A stretch of 64,000 bases of DNA from assembly GCA_030141605.1 (NCBI GenBank), contig JAQGDQ010001024.1, positions 1 to 64,000 of the forward strand, read 5' to 3'. Positions 1 to 26,241 of this stretch are shown here, piece by piece. The position numbers and the translations under genes were made by a program. Each line of letters starts with the position of its first letter. The stretch's first letter is position 1. This stretch comes from Tubiluchus corallicola. Lineage: Eukaryota; Animalia; Priapulida. A model generated the notes under the pieces. The model worked only from the letters and a program-made list of their open reading frames with translations, ran no database searches and had not been told where the DNA came from.

Positions 1-179
1 GGAGAGATTGTCATCAGCAGTGTAAGTAATTGAGTTAATCTAAAGCTGTGCATCCATGGACTGTGTAAACTGAGTATGATCACTCCACTTCCTTTGTAAG
101 TTGGAACTTAATCTAAAGCTATGCATCCATGGACTGTGTAAACTGAGTATGATCACTCCACTTCCTTTGTAAGTAGGGT

Positions 180-405
180 GCATACTAAATGTCTTAAGTA
201 CTTTAAAAAATTATCAGCAGTTGCAAAATGAAGCACATTTTATGCTTCCATTGAATCCCAATGTATCCCGTGGGATACAGGCTATATTTAGCACGAGGGC
301 ACAGGTAGAAAAAGTAATTATGTGTAAACAAGATGGACATGCTGAACAAAAGTACCAAGCCAAAAAATTTTTTCTTATTAAAAAAATAATTTGGGACTGA
401 AAGGG
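180..405. mobile_element. piggyBac-type MITE family B, partial
   Basis: Matches about 55070-55297; ends GAAAGGG|TTAA. Confidence 0.8.
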
Positions 406-607
406 TTAAGCAAGGTCTTACTGTACAGGGAAATCCTAATGTAAAAAAAACAAAAGACTAATAGGTCAAATGACGACATGCGATAATGATAAATGTAGTG
501 GATGTTGGAGAAGGTTTGTGAATGAAAATAATGCAACGTGGTGAAATATAAAAACGCATTACACCCTCTTTAATGGAATTGTCATTGTTGAATCTACATC
601 TTGTAGG

Positions 608-824
608 ATATAAACACGTCCCCACCCATCGACAGGCTCCTCCTGAATCATCTCCATCGTTGGAAGAGCATACGCGAGAGCTGGAAGGCAAAGATAGAAG
701 AGAACGAGGAACGCTACATCGAAAGCACAACAATTCTGAAGAGTATGTTTCAAGAAACTCATCCGCAATGAAACCGGATATTAACAACAGTTATTTTCAT
801 GTAAATAGTAAAGCATGTAGGTAA
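608..824 (+). CDS. Possible terminal exon of an unidentified plus-strand gene
   Basis: cttgtag| acceptor followed by a hydrophilic 72-codon open frame; a GTAAGT donor at 22; no recognisable homology. Confidence 0.25.
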
Positions 825-2238
825 TAAAATGATTGTAAATGTATAACTTGTGCATGCAGTTATTTTTACTAACTTCAGTTAAGCAATGTTGAGTCTAGTT
901 AGTAAATGGATGGATGACAGCTGCTTCATTTGCCATACATCATCCAGCTGTTTGCCTCTTTCGCAAAGGCTGTGCATCCAAATGTGTGAAACACCTCTGC
1001 TGGTTCAGTGTCTCATTTTAGAGGATTAGTGGACTATTGCTGATAATAAAATAACCCTAATACTGGGCTATCACTTGAATGTTGGATACTGGCTTGCAAA
1101 GTACTGAACTGTGTTAAACAAACATCGACCAACAAATTTAACCCAGTTTGGTTCTAAGGAGAGAACAGTTTTTGCATTTTTGAGCCCTATCCCTTGAGGA
1201 AGCCATTGAATTTCACATGCTGTACAAATCTACATGTTTGAGCTAAGTAGTCTGCTGCTATCTTTGCACCTTGATCAATATGTCACATTGTTCAATATAC
1301 ACTTGAACTTCCTTATACCGCTTACTTTGGGACTGCAAAAAAGTTAGAATTAAGCGAATTTGGCATTATATCAAGGCGCATTAACACATACATGTCTATG
1401 CAAATGCAGACAATTTGTTTTGCCAAAAAGGTGGGCGCTACACGTGGTTAGCATTATAAAATGAGGCATTATAATGAAGTTTGCAAATGTAGACGAATTT
1501 GTTTTGCCAAAAAGGTGGGCGCTACACGTGGTTAGGATTATAAAATGAGGCATCATAATGAAGTTTGATTGTATCATCACTTTCATGTATTTTACCATAT
1601 TCCCAGCACTATCAAATATTAAACACAATTTTTATACCCCCAGTTTCGAAGGATGCCCAATTTATAGAGACCATTATCATTGGATAGAAGTTCATACCAG
1701 AGGAGAATCTAAAGCACTTTAGTTTGAACAACTGTGAAACTCATTAATCCAAGGCTGTTGATTTCTTATACAGTTCGGCTTTAAAAGACAGAATCCAGTC
1801 GATCACATAAAACCCAACCAGGCAGAAGTGGTTCACCTGACTGTCACCTACCCATTTACTTCCCAGACACAGCACTGCTTTATTTCTGTTGTTAAGCGCA
1901 CGCTATCACATGCTATCGCCACTCAGACATTCTCCTTCAATGACTAACAATTGGTCAAAATTTGCAGTCCTGTATGCAAAATGTCCTGCCCTCTGTGAAA
2001 CAAAATTTGAATTTAATAAGAATGTTTAAAATTAGAAGCTGTACCATGCATAGTGCTTTGGGGTCTAAGCTATGAGATTCAAAGTATGAATTTCAGACAA
2101 TTTTTATTGTGCCTGCCTTCAATTAACTAACAAACCTCGATTAATCTAGTTTAACATACAGGATTTCAATGAAGAGGAAATTTGACTTAAACACGGAATT
2201 AATTAGTCTCTGCTCTATCGCAGTGACCACTCACTAAC

Positions 2239-2829
2239 CAGGTCCGGACCTAGATGTGGCAAGCAGGGTGCAAAAATTTTCTGGGAGGGCGAGGTATCCG
2301 AAGTGGTTAAATAATGGTTAAGCCAATTTTTAACCTCTTTTATACTGCATGCAGGCCTATAATTAGCATGTGTGTAGGACGGCGTAGCGGACAGAGCAAT
2401 AATGAGAAAATTAACTCTCAGTTAACCTAACGTTATTAATGTGCCTCTAACTAAATTGTTATTTACAGAAATTTATCACACACAAGTTTTAAGAAAATAA
2501 TACGCAGGAAATAATGTCAAAATGAAATGTGGAACGAGACTTTTGTGGACAAAAAAGTCCAAAGTTTTCAAAAAGTCTCAAATTTCAGCATGGTACCACT
2601 GCTACACCAGCATAGAGCCTGTGACTGTGTGTGGTCCCTGTAGGCCTACACTGTGATGGGCACCTCTATGCACACTGTGTTTTGTCTGCACGCACACTGA
2701 AGCTACCAAACATTTTTTTACCTAATTCTAATTCATATTGAAAATGATTACATGCGAACTGCAATTTTCACTGCAAAAAAACTCATTTGTCCGATTTTGC
2801 AGGGGGCGCCCCCCCTCGCTACGCCCCTG
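2239..2829. mobile_element. hAT-type MITE family C
   Basis: CAGG...CCCCTG termini; perfect 8-bp TSD TCACTAAC; homologous to 12661-13096 in inverted orientation. Confidence 0.87.
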
Positions 2830-3494
2830 TCACTAACTCCTCGTTGCTCTTTTCAGGCCTCTTAACTTGTTTTATTCTTAACTCATTCACTGTGTTTTTT
2901 CTTGGTACTCTTTTTCTTTTTTTAACTATCAAATAACTCTAACAAGCTCTGATTTTAGACTTGAAACTACCATTAAATATTATAGTCCAACAGACTAAAA
3001 TTTTCAATCTCTGATGACAATGATTTTGTTCGAAATGTGTAATTGTTGTGATGATGTAATGATTACGTGTTACGTCAAAATAAAATGAACTTGAACTTGA
3101 ACAGAAACAGTTTTGAACAAATTTATCCATTTAGCATACATTTGTATATTCCAGCTTATTATTACAAGTTCTGGCATGTTGATGTATGTACACAACTACC
3201 GAGTAAATCTTACTTTTATTACATCAGATATTAATAATGACTCTTCTTTACAAAAAGGTTACAAAACTTCATATAATTTAACTCGTACATGGCCACCACA
3301 CTTACAAATGATAGTTTTTACATTTACAAAGAGATAAAAAAATCATCTTGCAACTTTGCTATTACACAGAAAAATTACAAACGACAACGTGTACAAAGAA
3401 TGATGTCTATAAAGACGTAATATTAATTGCGTATTATTATAATCAAGTTTATTTTTGAGATGTAACAAAAAAGCTTCTAAAAAGTTCATGGAAG

Positions 3495-4100
3495 TAGTGA
3501 TGGGCGATTAATTGATTTAATCTTAATTACAACCATGTTTAAATGGATATAATCGGCAATTGCACAGTATCATAAAACTGAAAGTTTTCCAACAAAATCG
3601 AGAGCAAAATTGAACACAGACTAATAGAATTAATTAATGACGAATAGATAAATTAACAATTAATTAATAAATAACAAAAAAAACATTTCATTCTAACGGA
3701 AAATGATAAAACAGAAAGTTTATAAAATTTTTGTGTGCAGTTGCTTTGTGCTGTTGTCCTCAGTTAACCTTTAATCTGTTAACAGAATCTGCGTTTTTTT
3801 CTTCATTTTTCTCACCTTACGCAACGCCCACAATTGCAAACAGGTGGCTTCAAATTCATTAGCATGTGACGTAGTTATGGAGTAGTTAATGAAAAAGTGG
3901 TGCGTGTCTATAAAAATAACTTGCAAGTACAAAAATGGCTGATAGCCACGAAAGCCGAAACGAAGCTTATTGGCTGTTTCACTGCAAGCATTCAAAAATA
4001 TCGTAAAACTAAAAAATTGCCGTAAAAAATTAATCGTAATATCGAATTACAAGAACATGATTATAATCTAATTACAAAATCTCAAAGTCGCCCATCACTA
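3495..4100. mobile_element. hAT-like MITE
   Basis: TIR TAGTGATGGGCGA / TCGCCCATCACTA; TSD not evident. Confidence 0.7.
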
Positions 4101-4247
4101 GCTGAATGACACTTCCTATTCTGTTAGCATTGACTCCTGCACAACCCAGTCTTGGACAGTTGCACAATATTCAGCAACCAGATGGCAACCACGTTCAGAA
4201 ATCTCGAACATGAATTGAAAGTACTGATGATGATGACATTTTCACTG

Positions 4248-17603
<13,356 letters not shown>

Positions 17604-18580
17604 GAAACTTCAGAGTCCACCGGCAAGACTGCTGTATAACACAAGATATTTTCATTTCTGAAAATTAAAAAAAGAAACAATTGATAATGATTAATCTTTT
17701 ACTGAACAAAATTCTGATACAAAACTGTATTCAGAGTGTCTCCTTTTGCAGGCAGATGCTTACAAAAGTTTAAGTCATAAGTCAGTTATTTCACCTTACA
17801 CATTTACAATGGTTACATATACAATATCTAGTGAAAGGGCCTACAATGGATATAATACAAATAAGAAATACTGCACAGGAAAAGCCTCAAACACTGTTCA
17901 CTTATACACGAAGGTAAATGTGTTGTGGGCAATCAAAAAGCAGGGCTTGTTAGATTGTCCCACACAGTGATAGAACAAAAAAAAAGTAATGGAGATAATC
18001 TGAAAATTTAAAGTGAATCGTGACAAAAAAACATTAGTGCTATCAAATAAACAATAATAAATGGTACGAAACATCATTACAGATCTAACATACGTTATTT
18101 TATGTCACTTCCCGTAGCCTTGTAGAGACTATATTTCAACAGCTGAAAACAAGGTATTTCTCTACCTTACTATACGATAAATCTTCATTTTACTATAATA
18201 CAATTTAACAGTTTAACAATTTTATTATTCGAGCAATACGACAATTTGATATTATTATTATTGTTATTATTAGTTTATTTCGTATAAACTATACAGTTTA
18301 CAAAGATAAAGATGTTAGTAAAACAGGTAATGCGATATTAGTAAAGTAACATATCTACAGACATTCAACTTTATAATAACCACACATTGTAGTTCCCTTG
18401 TAATTATATTACATTATACAGTGTTGCAAGAAGCTATAATAGATATCTTAAAACATAATCTTTAAATGAGTTCTTAACCTTTAATTTTACATTTTCGTTT
18501 AGATCTACAGTACAACCATATTTAAATCTTAAATTTACTTGACTGTTATTTACATAGTAGCATAGCTTTGGAATTCTCAA

Positions 18581-21500
18581 TGAAATGGATGCAAAACCAA
18601 AAGTTTGTGTTCCTCCAAAAAGTTTCTTTATTCTGTAATAAATACAATGATTTGAAAGAGCAAATTTTAACAGGAGAAAATGAAACGAGCGTTTGAGCAA
18701 TCAGGTTAGATACAACACAATATGAGATCTACAAGATACCATAAAGGTATTACAGGAACACGCCGCAACAGCTATTGCTCACAAAAACTACATGGATCAA
18801 GTTTTAGCTGCAACATCAAATAAATACTTCACAAGTATTGAAATACAAGCTGAAAAACAAAACTGCCACTGCAATGAAATTAATTAATAATGACTTACGT
18901 TGTTAGAGCCTTTAGCAATTACACAGACAGAATGAGAACTCCAAGGAATCAACAACAACGTTGTCACTACAATAAACTCGTAAGAGAGTTACAGACATAA
19001 TGTTCAGACACAATGCAAGAGCAATGCCCGAGAGAATCAAAAGCCGGGTAAAATGTCAGACAACTACTATAGCTAGAGCGAAAGATCAAAAAGCGAATAT
19101 ATTCAAGGATATTAGGTGCTTCAATTTTAAAAGAGTGACTACAGTAAAAGGCAAAAGTCTACTAAATAAACAAACAGGTGGCAGCACCGTGGCAGTAACT
19201 AAATAAAGACCAAAAGGGCCTATGCACCCGCTACACCGCCCCTCATTAAATGAGCAATTTACGAACATTTAATCAATTTGGTAAACATTTTCATCAATAC
19301 GTTCAAGTAAAACAATTTTGTGAATTGGTCTACGCAAGACAGAGTCACCCATCCGAACCTCTACGGATCTAACTAAGCCATCCTTGCCAGGAAATACATT
19401 GTCTATTCGTGCCAGTTTCCAATGTCCTCTTGGTAAATTCTGGTCTGCAACAATAACAATATCTCCAATCTTCAAATTTTGAGACCTATGGTGCCATTTC
19501 TGACGGCTTTGAAGCAATGGCAAGTATTCGGATACCCATTGCTTCCAGAAGATGTCCGACAAATATTTAACTTGCCTCCAACGTTTTTTGTACAAATCAG
19601 TCTCAGAAAATTTACCAAAGGGCAATGTTGGACCACCTCTTAGAAGAAGAATGTGATTGGGTGTAAGAGGCTGTAGGTCTCGTGGATCATCAGACACAAT
19701 ACTAAGCGGTCGACCATTTATGATGGCTTCTACTTGACAAAACAGAGTTATAAGACTGTCGTCATCTACTGTTTGCAGATTTGTAATGGAAGACATCACT
19801 TTGCGTACTGAACGTATCATACGTTCCCATACTCCTCCTTGATGTGAAGCTGAGGGTGTGTTGAATTTCCATTGGATATTCTGCTGACGTAAGGCAGTAT
19901 CGATTTGCTCTTGATTCCAATTCTGAATTGCTTTCTTTAGCTCTTCATTAGCACCAACGAAGTTTGTGCCACAGTCTGATCTGATGAGCTCGGGAACTCC
20001 TCTTCTGCTGATGAAACGAAATAGTCCGTTCAAAAAACTGTCAGTTTCCAAGGAAAACAAAAGTTCTAGGTGAATGGCTCTTGTTGCCAGACATGTGAAC
20101 AGACAGCCGTAACGTTTCACTAGTGCACGGCCCCGTTTGGCAAGAAAGGGCCCGAAGCAGTCAACTCCTACTCTCAAAAATGGAGGGTTTCCAGACTCAA
20201 GCCTGTCATTGGGAAGGTCCGCCATCTTTTGACATTCTAGGCGAGCATCACGACGCTTACAAATTGTACAGTTGGATAATAAACGCCTTACCATTGGCCT
20301 TGCCTTTATAATCCAGAATTTATCGCGAAGCTTTGCCATCACATGCTCTCTGCCTGAATGGCCAGTCCTTTCATGCATTTCTCTGATGATCAGAGAAACA
20401 ACATGTTCATCTCTGGGAATTATAGGCTGGTGCTTGTGCTTGATTCTACCTCCTATACAAATTAGACCATTAGATGTTAGTATTGGATCAAGCTTGAAAA
20501 GGCAGCTAGACTGCAAAATCCTTTTAGCTGATCTTTGCTTGTTATCAGTTCTTGTAACATCCATGCTCAGATGTGTCAATGCAGCCTTTTCCTTCTGAAA
20601 ATTAACATCTTGGAGATACATTATGATAGATTCCTCTGCTTCATCCAGCTCTTGAACTGTAAGCCTGCCAGTGTGAACCATCATATTTGGAGATTTTCTG
20701 ACCCTTTGAAGTAGAATGCACTTCAATCTAAGGAGCCATGCAATGGCCTTCTTCAATCTGTACCAGGAAGAGAAGTGACGCATGAACAAAGAAAGTGGTT
20801 CCTGCCTATCTTTTGCTACTACTGTGTTCACCTTTATTCCTGCTGCATCAAGCTTTACCTCAAGGTCATCTGTGTTTTGAACATCAAAAGGAATTGTACA
20901 CATACTAGTCCAGGTACTTGATGCATCCCACAGAAATTCTGGACCACTGAGCCAAACCTTATTATCAATAAGCTGTTGAGCACCTAGCCCTCTTGTAGCA
21001 ATATCTGCTGGGTTCTTGTCACTTGCAATGTGATACCATTGACTTGGTGAAGACTGCTCGTGAATGGCTAATAATCTATTTGCCACAAAGGTCTTGAAGC
21101 GTTTGTCCGAGTTATTGATATATCTTAGAACAATCATACTATCTGTCCAGAAGTATGTGTTTTCGATGCTTGGCTGTATTTCACGTCTCAATGTTTCGTC
21201 AATCTTTACACCCATAAGAGCCGCACACAGTTCCAGTCTGGGTATGGTAAGGGTCTTGAGTGGTGCTAACCGACATTTAGCGATGACAAAACTGCAGTAA
21301 ATATGGTCAGTAACATCGACTAGGCGAAGATAAGCAACTGCTGCATAAGCAGCTTGTGAAGCATCTACGAAGACATGTAGTTCAGTAGTAAGAACACGTT
21401 CAAAGGACTTGGGCACAAAGCACCTGCTCATACCAAAATGGTCAAGGACAGGCAGATCGCTCAGCCATTTGCGCCAAAGTACCTGTGCTGTGTCTTCCAA

Positions 21501-24500
21501 AGGCTGATCCCATTCCCTTTTCAATCTACATTCGGACTGAAACAATAGCTTAGCCAATAAAACGTATGGACAAACTATTCCTAAAGGATCGTACACTGAA
21601 CTCAGGGTGCTAAGCAAGCCTCTTTTTGTCATTGGTTTGTCCTTCACATTGGTGCTAACGCAAAGACGATCTGCGTCAACTTCCCAACACAAACCCAATG
21701 CTCTTTCCTGAGTAAGACTACCAGCATCAGTAGACAGGTCAACATTCCTTACAGATTCAGCTCGCTCAGTCGGAGGTATGGTCTCCATGACTGCCTTGCT
21801 GTTTGAGACCCATTTCGTAATGTGAAAGCCTCCTCTAGCTAAGAGTAAAGTAAGTTGCTTTACAAATCTGATTGCATGTTCTTCCGTCCAAAATGACTTT
21901 AGACAGTCATCGACATAGAAGTTTTTCATGACTGCCTCAACAGCAACAGCATCAAAGTCATTTTTGTTGTCTATAGCCGTTCGTTGAAGGACAAAATTAG
22001 CTGCACTGGGTGACCAAGTTCCTCCAAAAAGGTGACGAGTCATTCGATAAACTCTTGGCTGCTCATTCAGGTTACCGCCAGGAAACCATAGAAACCATAA
22101 GGCATCTCGATGCTTAGGTGTGACTAAAACTTGATTGAACATTGCTTCCACATCGGACATTACTGCAAAGTGTGCCTCCCGAAACCAAAGAAGAACTCCT
22201 ATTAAGCAACTAGTCAAGTCTGGTCCTTGGAATACCTTCGTGTTCAAAGACATATCATCACACTTGACTGAACAATCAAAAACTGTTCTGAGCTTAGGCT
22301 TTGTGGGAGTCTGAACACCATGGTGTGGTAGGTACCAAGTACACTCGGTAGGGGCAAAAGGATTATCAACTGCTTCAGTGAATCCCTTTTCAAAAAGGTC
22401 AACCATGTTTTTTAAGTATTTCTCACAAATAGTTGGATCCTTCTCAAGTTTTCTTTTTAAGAACATGAGACGTCTTTTTGCCATGTCAAAATTGTCTGGA
22501 AGACCAGGTGGGTATTCTTTGAATGGGATGTCCATCATGTAGTGACCATTCTCTTTCACAATGGATTGGTTCCATATTTCCAAGGTTCTTAGGTCATCCA
22601 GAGACATTTCAGGGACATCGCCTGTTCCATAAGAGTCTATGTGCCAAAAACACTTGACTTGATCTGACAACTTATTGTCCGAGACAGTAAGATTCACAAT
22701 CGCTTCTGGAATGAGTGCAGGTGGCAGAGGCATAGATAAGTTACCATTCACAGTCCATCCCAGAGGTGTTTTTATGGCATATGGGTCGCCAGATTTCCCA
22801 GCTCTTAATTCCAAAGGCATGAAGGCATCAGCATTATCTTGTCCAATTAGTATCATCACATCCTCGTATGAATTGATACAAGGTAATGGAAGATCTTTCA
22901 AATGGTCCCATTGTTTAGCTTCCGAACGTGATATAACAGCATTTCTCAAAGAAGGGAATTTCTGTATAGCGTACACCTTTTCTAAATTAATGCTTTTCCC
23001 ATCAGGCTGCACTTCTGGAAGAGGACAAACTTCTAAACTTATCTCATGGACTTCACAACTTGAACCATTATTCAATGTTGATAAGTTCAAAATCCTTTTG
23101 ATACCTTTCAATCCCAAAGTAGCTAATAAATCACTTGAACAAAATGTTTTGTTGCTTCCGGGATCCAACAATGCATGTGTCACAATGGATTTTGTAGCAG
23201 TCTTAACAATAACCGAAACAACAGGTAAAGACAATTTAGCATTCTGCTGATAAGGCATTTGACAAACGCAACTAGTTGCTCCAGTTTCTGATTCAGATGC
23301 TTTCTCAGTGTTTGTTCTGTCACTGGTTTCTTTACCCGGGTTGTGGAACCACAAATGCAATAGTTTGGAATGCTTGTCTTTACAACCATCCAATCCACAA
23401 GGAGGTCTGGAACACTTTCTGCTGAGATGTTTATAGCCTAAGCAATTAAAACAAAGCCGCATCTGTCGAGCAAAGTTGAATCTCCCAGCATCATTGAGTT
23501 TCAAAAAATCTTTACATTTGTCAATGCGATGATTGTTCTCACAAAATGCACACTTTGGTTGCAGTGGTTGTGGTGCTGCTCGGGAGGGCTCTCCTTGCAA
23601 AACAAATGCTTTAGCTTCTTTTTTCATTGGTTTCTCACTCTTTGCTTGAGCATCTAGAACACCAAAGATAGGATCATTTATCTCCCGTGCTGCTCTATCT
23701 AGAAATTCTGAAAGTTGTTCGATCGCTGGATATCTGCCGTTTTGATCAAGATATTCAAGTGCCTTTGTCCTCCATCTTGACTGCAAAAACAGAGGCAGTC
23801 GTCTGACAATGGATACCATATTTCTTTTAGAATCCAATTCGTCAGTGCACTTCATAGCTTCAAGTGTGATCATATAACTTCGTAAGTCATCAGCAAACAA
23901 CTGTAAGCTCCGCCTATCACTGGGTTTAATAGCTGGACCTTCTGTAAGCTTTTTTACCCAAGATTCCACAATCTGAAAGCTATTGCCGAATCTCTCTCGC
24001 AGTAACCTTCTAGCTCTAGGGTAGCCCGCTTCTGGTTCCAAAATAGTACAACATCGAATAACTTCTCTGGCTTCTCCATCACAATACTGCAGCAGCCTAT
24101 TCAACTTGGAAGCGGCAGTCACATTGGCAGAATCCACCATCTGATCAAATGAACGCATAAACAGCCAAAACTCAGAGGGGTGTCCTTTAAACTTTACGAG
24201 TTCAGAGCGAGGAAGTTGCATCATATCGACCAATTGTTGCATATCTGGTCTTGAAGCTTCCTGGTGACCTGTGGCCATTGTTGGTTGAAATTCCGTAGCC
24301 AAAGGGTTAAAATCATGAGTATAATCTGCTTGTTGCTGGACCCAATTTCTAGTTCGAGCCTCTGTTTCCAGAGGAAGTGGATAAGAAAGGTGGCCTTTAT
24401 CAGCAGCTGGATCAGATCCAGAATTTCCTCCTTCAGAGATGGCTAGTACTTGCTCCTCAGCACTAGCTTTGGCAATATCTGTTTGCAGCTTTAGTGTTCT

Positions 24501-26241
24501 CTTCTTTTGTTGCAATTTGAGCTCTTCAACTTCAAGCTCATTCTGCTGTTCTATCATGTTGGCCTCAGCGATAAGAGCAGCTTTCTTAGCAGAAGCTCGA
24601 GCCTTGAAAGTACTGACTTTGCTGATCGTAGATTTGCTTGAAGATTTACCCCTTGAATATTTGAATGTTTCTTTAAAGACGTTGCACCTAATTGCTGTTG
24701 GTCTGGCAATACAACTGATTCAGGTGGCATTGTTGAGGAAGAACCCACAGGCGGAGGTGGAGCCATCAGTTCTGGAGCCACCGTCGACTCGAGGTATAGT
24801 CTTACTCTGGTTGCAGCAGACTCAACCTTGTTCATCACCTCCTCATAATAATTCTGAGACTGTGATATCTCTTCTTGGCTCTCCAGCAAGCCATGATATT
24901 CCTGATGTAAAGTTTCAAAATCTTTAGCTAAATTATGTAACTCTTAGCTTCTTTCTTAAGATCGTCAGAAGCACATTCAGCTTCCATAAGCTGCCGGATG
25001 CGGTTTATCTTTTTTGTCACTAACGACTTGGCTGTACCTCTTGCACTTTTACGTTCTTTAATTTCCTGAACACTCATGATGCAGTTCACTATCCTACTAC
25101 AAAACAAATTGCTGAACAATATTAATTACATAGCATTACAAATCAATATTTGGTATAGCATGAAGCGTCACTCGTGAATCTCTAACACAGTACAAATTAT
25201 ATCAAATCAGTATTAACTGTACGCAATGTCAAACACAAACTAGATAAACTAGTAATCTGCCAAAACAGATGTTAAGGACAACAAAACTATCAAAACCATT
25301 ATAGCTGTAATATACTGAACAAAATAATTTGTACAAAATTGTTTAGAAACGTTTTCAGCATGAAATTAAACTGTTAAACGATATACGATGTAGTAGACAC
25401 AACATTACGCAGCGATGAATCCCATTTCCGTTCAGCCAGGCACGGCGGTAGACTCAAAGCGTGTGTAACACAGGTGAGAGGGCAGATCTAGGTCGTCCTT
25501 GAGCCTGCTCCATGTGACGTTCGTTGGCACCCTTGATCTCTTCTCCTGTCCTCCAGGTGTACTGACAACAGCCCAACAATAAAGGATGAAATGGATGCAA
25601 AACCAAAAGTTTGTGTTCCTCCAAAAAGTTTCTTTATTCTGTAATAAATACAATGATTTGAAAGAGCAAATTTTAACAGGAGAAAATGAAACGAACGTTT
25701 GAGCAATCAGGTTAGATACAACACAATATGAGATCTACAAGATACCATAAAGGTATTACAGGAACACGCCGCAACAGCTATTGCTCACAAAAACTACATG
25801 GATCAAGTTTTAGCTGCAACATCAAATAAATACTTCACAAGTATTGAAATACAAGCTGAAAAACAAAACTGCCACTGCAATGAAATTAATTAATAATGAC
25901 TTACGTTGTTAGAGCCTTTAGCAATTACACAGACGGAATGAGAACTCCAAGGTATCAACAACAACGTTGTCACTACAATAAACTCGTAAGAGAGTTACAG
26001 ACATAATGTTCAGACACAACACAAGAGCAATGGCCGAGAGAATCAAAAGCCGGGTAAAATGTCAGACAACTACTATAGCTAGAGCGAAAGATCAAAAAGC
26101 GAATATATTCAAGGATATTAGGTGCTTCAATTTTAAAAGAGTGACTACAGTAAAAGGCAAAAGTCTACTAAATAAACAAACAGGTGGCAGCACCGTGGCA
26201 GTAACTAAATAAAGACCAAAAGGGCCTATGCACCCGCTACA
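18581..26241 (-). mobile_element. BEL/Pao LTR retrotransposon, full length (655-bp LTRs at 18581-19235 and 25587-26241)
   Basis: Near-identical TG...CA LTRs; polypurine tract GAGGGGCGG adjacent to the 3' LTR; single gag-pol in PR-RT-RH-IN order with BEL-type triple Zn knuckle. Confidence 0.95.
19269..24557 (-). CDS. BEL/Pao gag-pol polyprotein (1762-aa ORF; N-terminus continues through two frameshifts to about 25077)
   Basis: Zn knuckles CAFC..H..C, CFNC...H...C, C....C...H...LH; protease LLDPGS; RT YLPHH and YVDD; RNase H HVFVDAS and TIPRLEL; integrase HHCC plus D (VDCFGP), D (SDCGTNF), E (WERMIR). Confidence 0.93.
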   Translation of the reverse strand: MIEQQNELEVEELKLQQKKRTLKLQTDIAKASAEEQVLAISEGGNSGSDPAADKGHLSYPLPLETEARTRNWVQQQADYTHDFNPLATEFQPTMATGHQEASRPDMQQLVDMMQLPRSELVKFKGHPSEFWLFMRSFDQMVDSANVTAASKLNRLLQYCDGEAREVIRCCTILEPEAGYPRARRLLRERFGNSFQIVESWVKKLTEGPAIKPSDRRSLQLFADDLRSYMITLEAMKCTDELDSKRNMVSIVRRLPLFLQSRWRTKALEYLDQNGRYPAIEQLSEFLDRAAREINDPIFGVLDAQAKSEKPMKKEAKAFVLQGEPSRAAPQPLQPKCAFCENNHRIDKCKDFLKLNDAGRFNFARQMRLCFNCLGYKHLSRKCSRPPCGLDGCKDKHSKLLHLWFHNPGKETSDRTNTEKASESETGATSCVCQMPYQQNAKLSLPVVSVIVKTATKSIVTHALLDPGSNKTFCSSDLLATLGLKGIKRILNLSTLNNGSSCEVHEISLEVCPLPEVQPDGKSINLEKVYAIQKFPSLRNAVISRSEAKQWDHLKDLPLPCINSYEDVMILIGQDNADAFMPLELRAGKSGDPYAIKTPLGWTVNGNLSMPLPPALIPEAIVNLTVSDNKLSDQVKCFWHIDSYGTGDVPEMSLDDLRTLEIWNQSIVKENGHYMMDIPFKEYPPGLPDNFDMAKRRLMFLKRKLEKDPTICEKYLKNMVDLFEKGFTEAVDNPFAPTECTWYLPHHGVQTPTKPKLRTVFDCSVKCDDMSLNTKVFQGPDLTSCLIGVLLWFREAHFAVMSDVEAMFNQVLVTPKHRDALWFLWFPGGNLNEQPRVYRMTRHLFGGTWSPSAANFVLQRTAIDNKNDFDAVAVEAVMKNFYVDDCLKSFWTEEHAIRFVKQLTLLLARGGFHITKWVSNSKAVMETIPPTERAESVRNVDLSTDAGSLTQERALGLCWEVDADRLCVSTNVKDKPMTKRGLLSTLSSVYDPLGIVCPYVLLAKLLFQSECRLKREWDQPLEDTAQVLWRKWLSDLPVLDHFGMSRCFVPKSFERVLTTELHVFVDASQAAYAAVAYLRLVDVTDHIYCSFVIAKCRLAPLKTLTIPRLELCAALMGVKIDETLRREIQPSIENTYFWTDSMIVLRYINNSDKRFKTFVANRLLAIHEQSSPSQWYHIASDKNPADIATRGLGAQQLIDNKVWLSGPEFLWDASSTWTSMCTIPFDVQNTDDLEVKLDAAGIKVNTVVAKDRQEPLSLFMRHFSSWYRLKKAIAWLLRLKCILLQRVRKSPNMMVHTGRLTVQELDEAEESIIMYLQDVNFQKEKAALTHLSMDVTRTDNKQRSAKRILQSSCLFKLDPILTSNGLICIGGRIKHKHQPIIPRDEHVVSLIIREMHERTGHSGREHVMAKLRDKFWIIKARPMVRRLLSNCTICKRRDARLECQKMADLPNDRLESGNPPFLRVGVDCFGPFLAKRGRALVKRYGCLFTCLATRAIHLELLFSLETDSFLNGLFRFISRRGVPELIRSDCGTNFVGANEELKKAIQNWNQEQIDTALRQQNIQWKFNTPSASHQGGVWERMIRSVRKVMSSITNLQTVDDDSLITLFCQVEAIINGRPLSIVSDDPRDLQPLTPNHILLLRGGPTLPFGKFSETDLYKKRWRQVKYLSDIFWKQWVSEYLPLLQSRQKWHHRSQNLKIGDIVIVADQNLPRGHWKLARIDNVFPGKDGLVRSVEVRMGDSVLRRPIHKIVLLERIDENVYQID

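Noticed and set aside
22675-23250. 191-aa plus-strand ORF (and others at 20272, 21064, 24439)
   Set aside because: Antisense shadows of the BEL polyprotein with no recognisable motifs.
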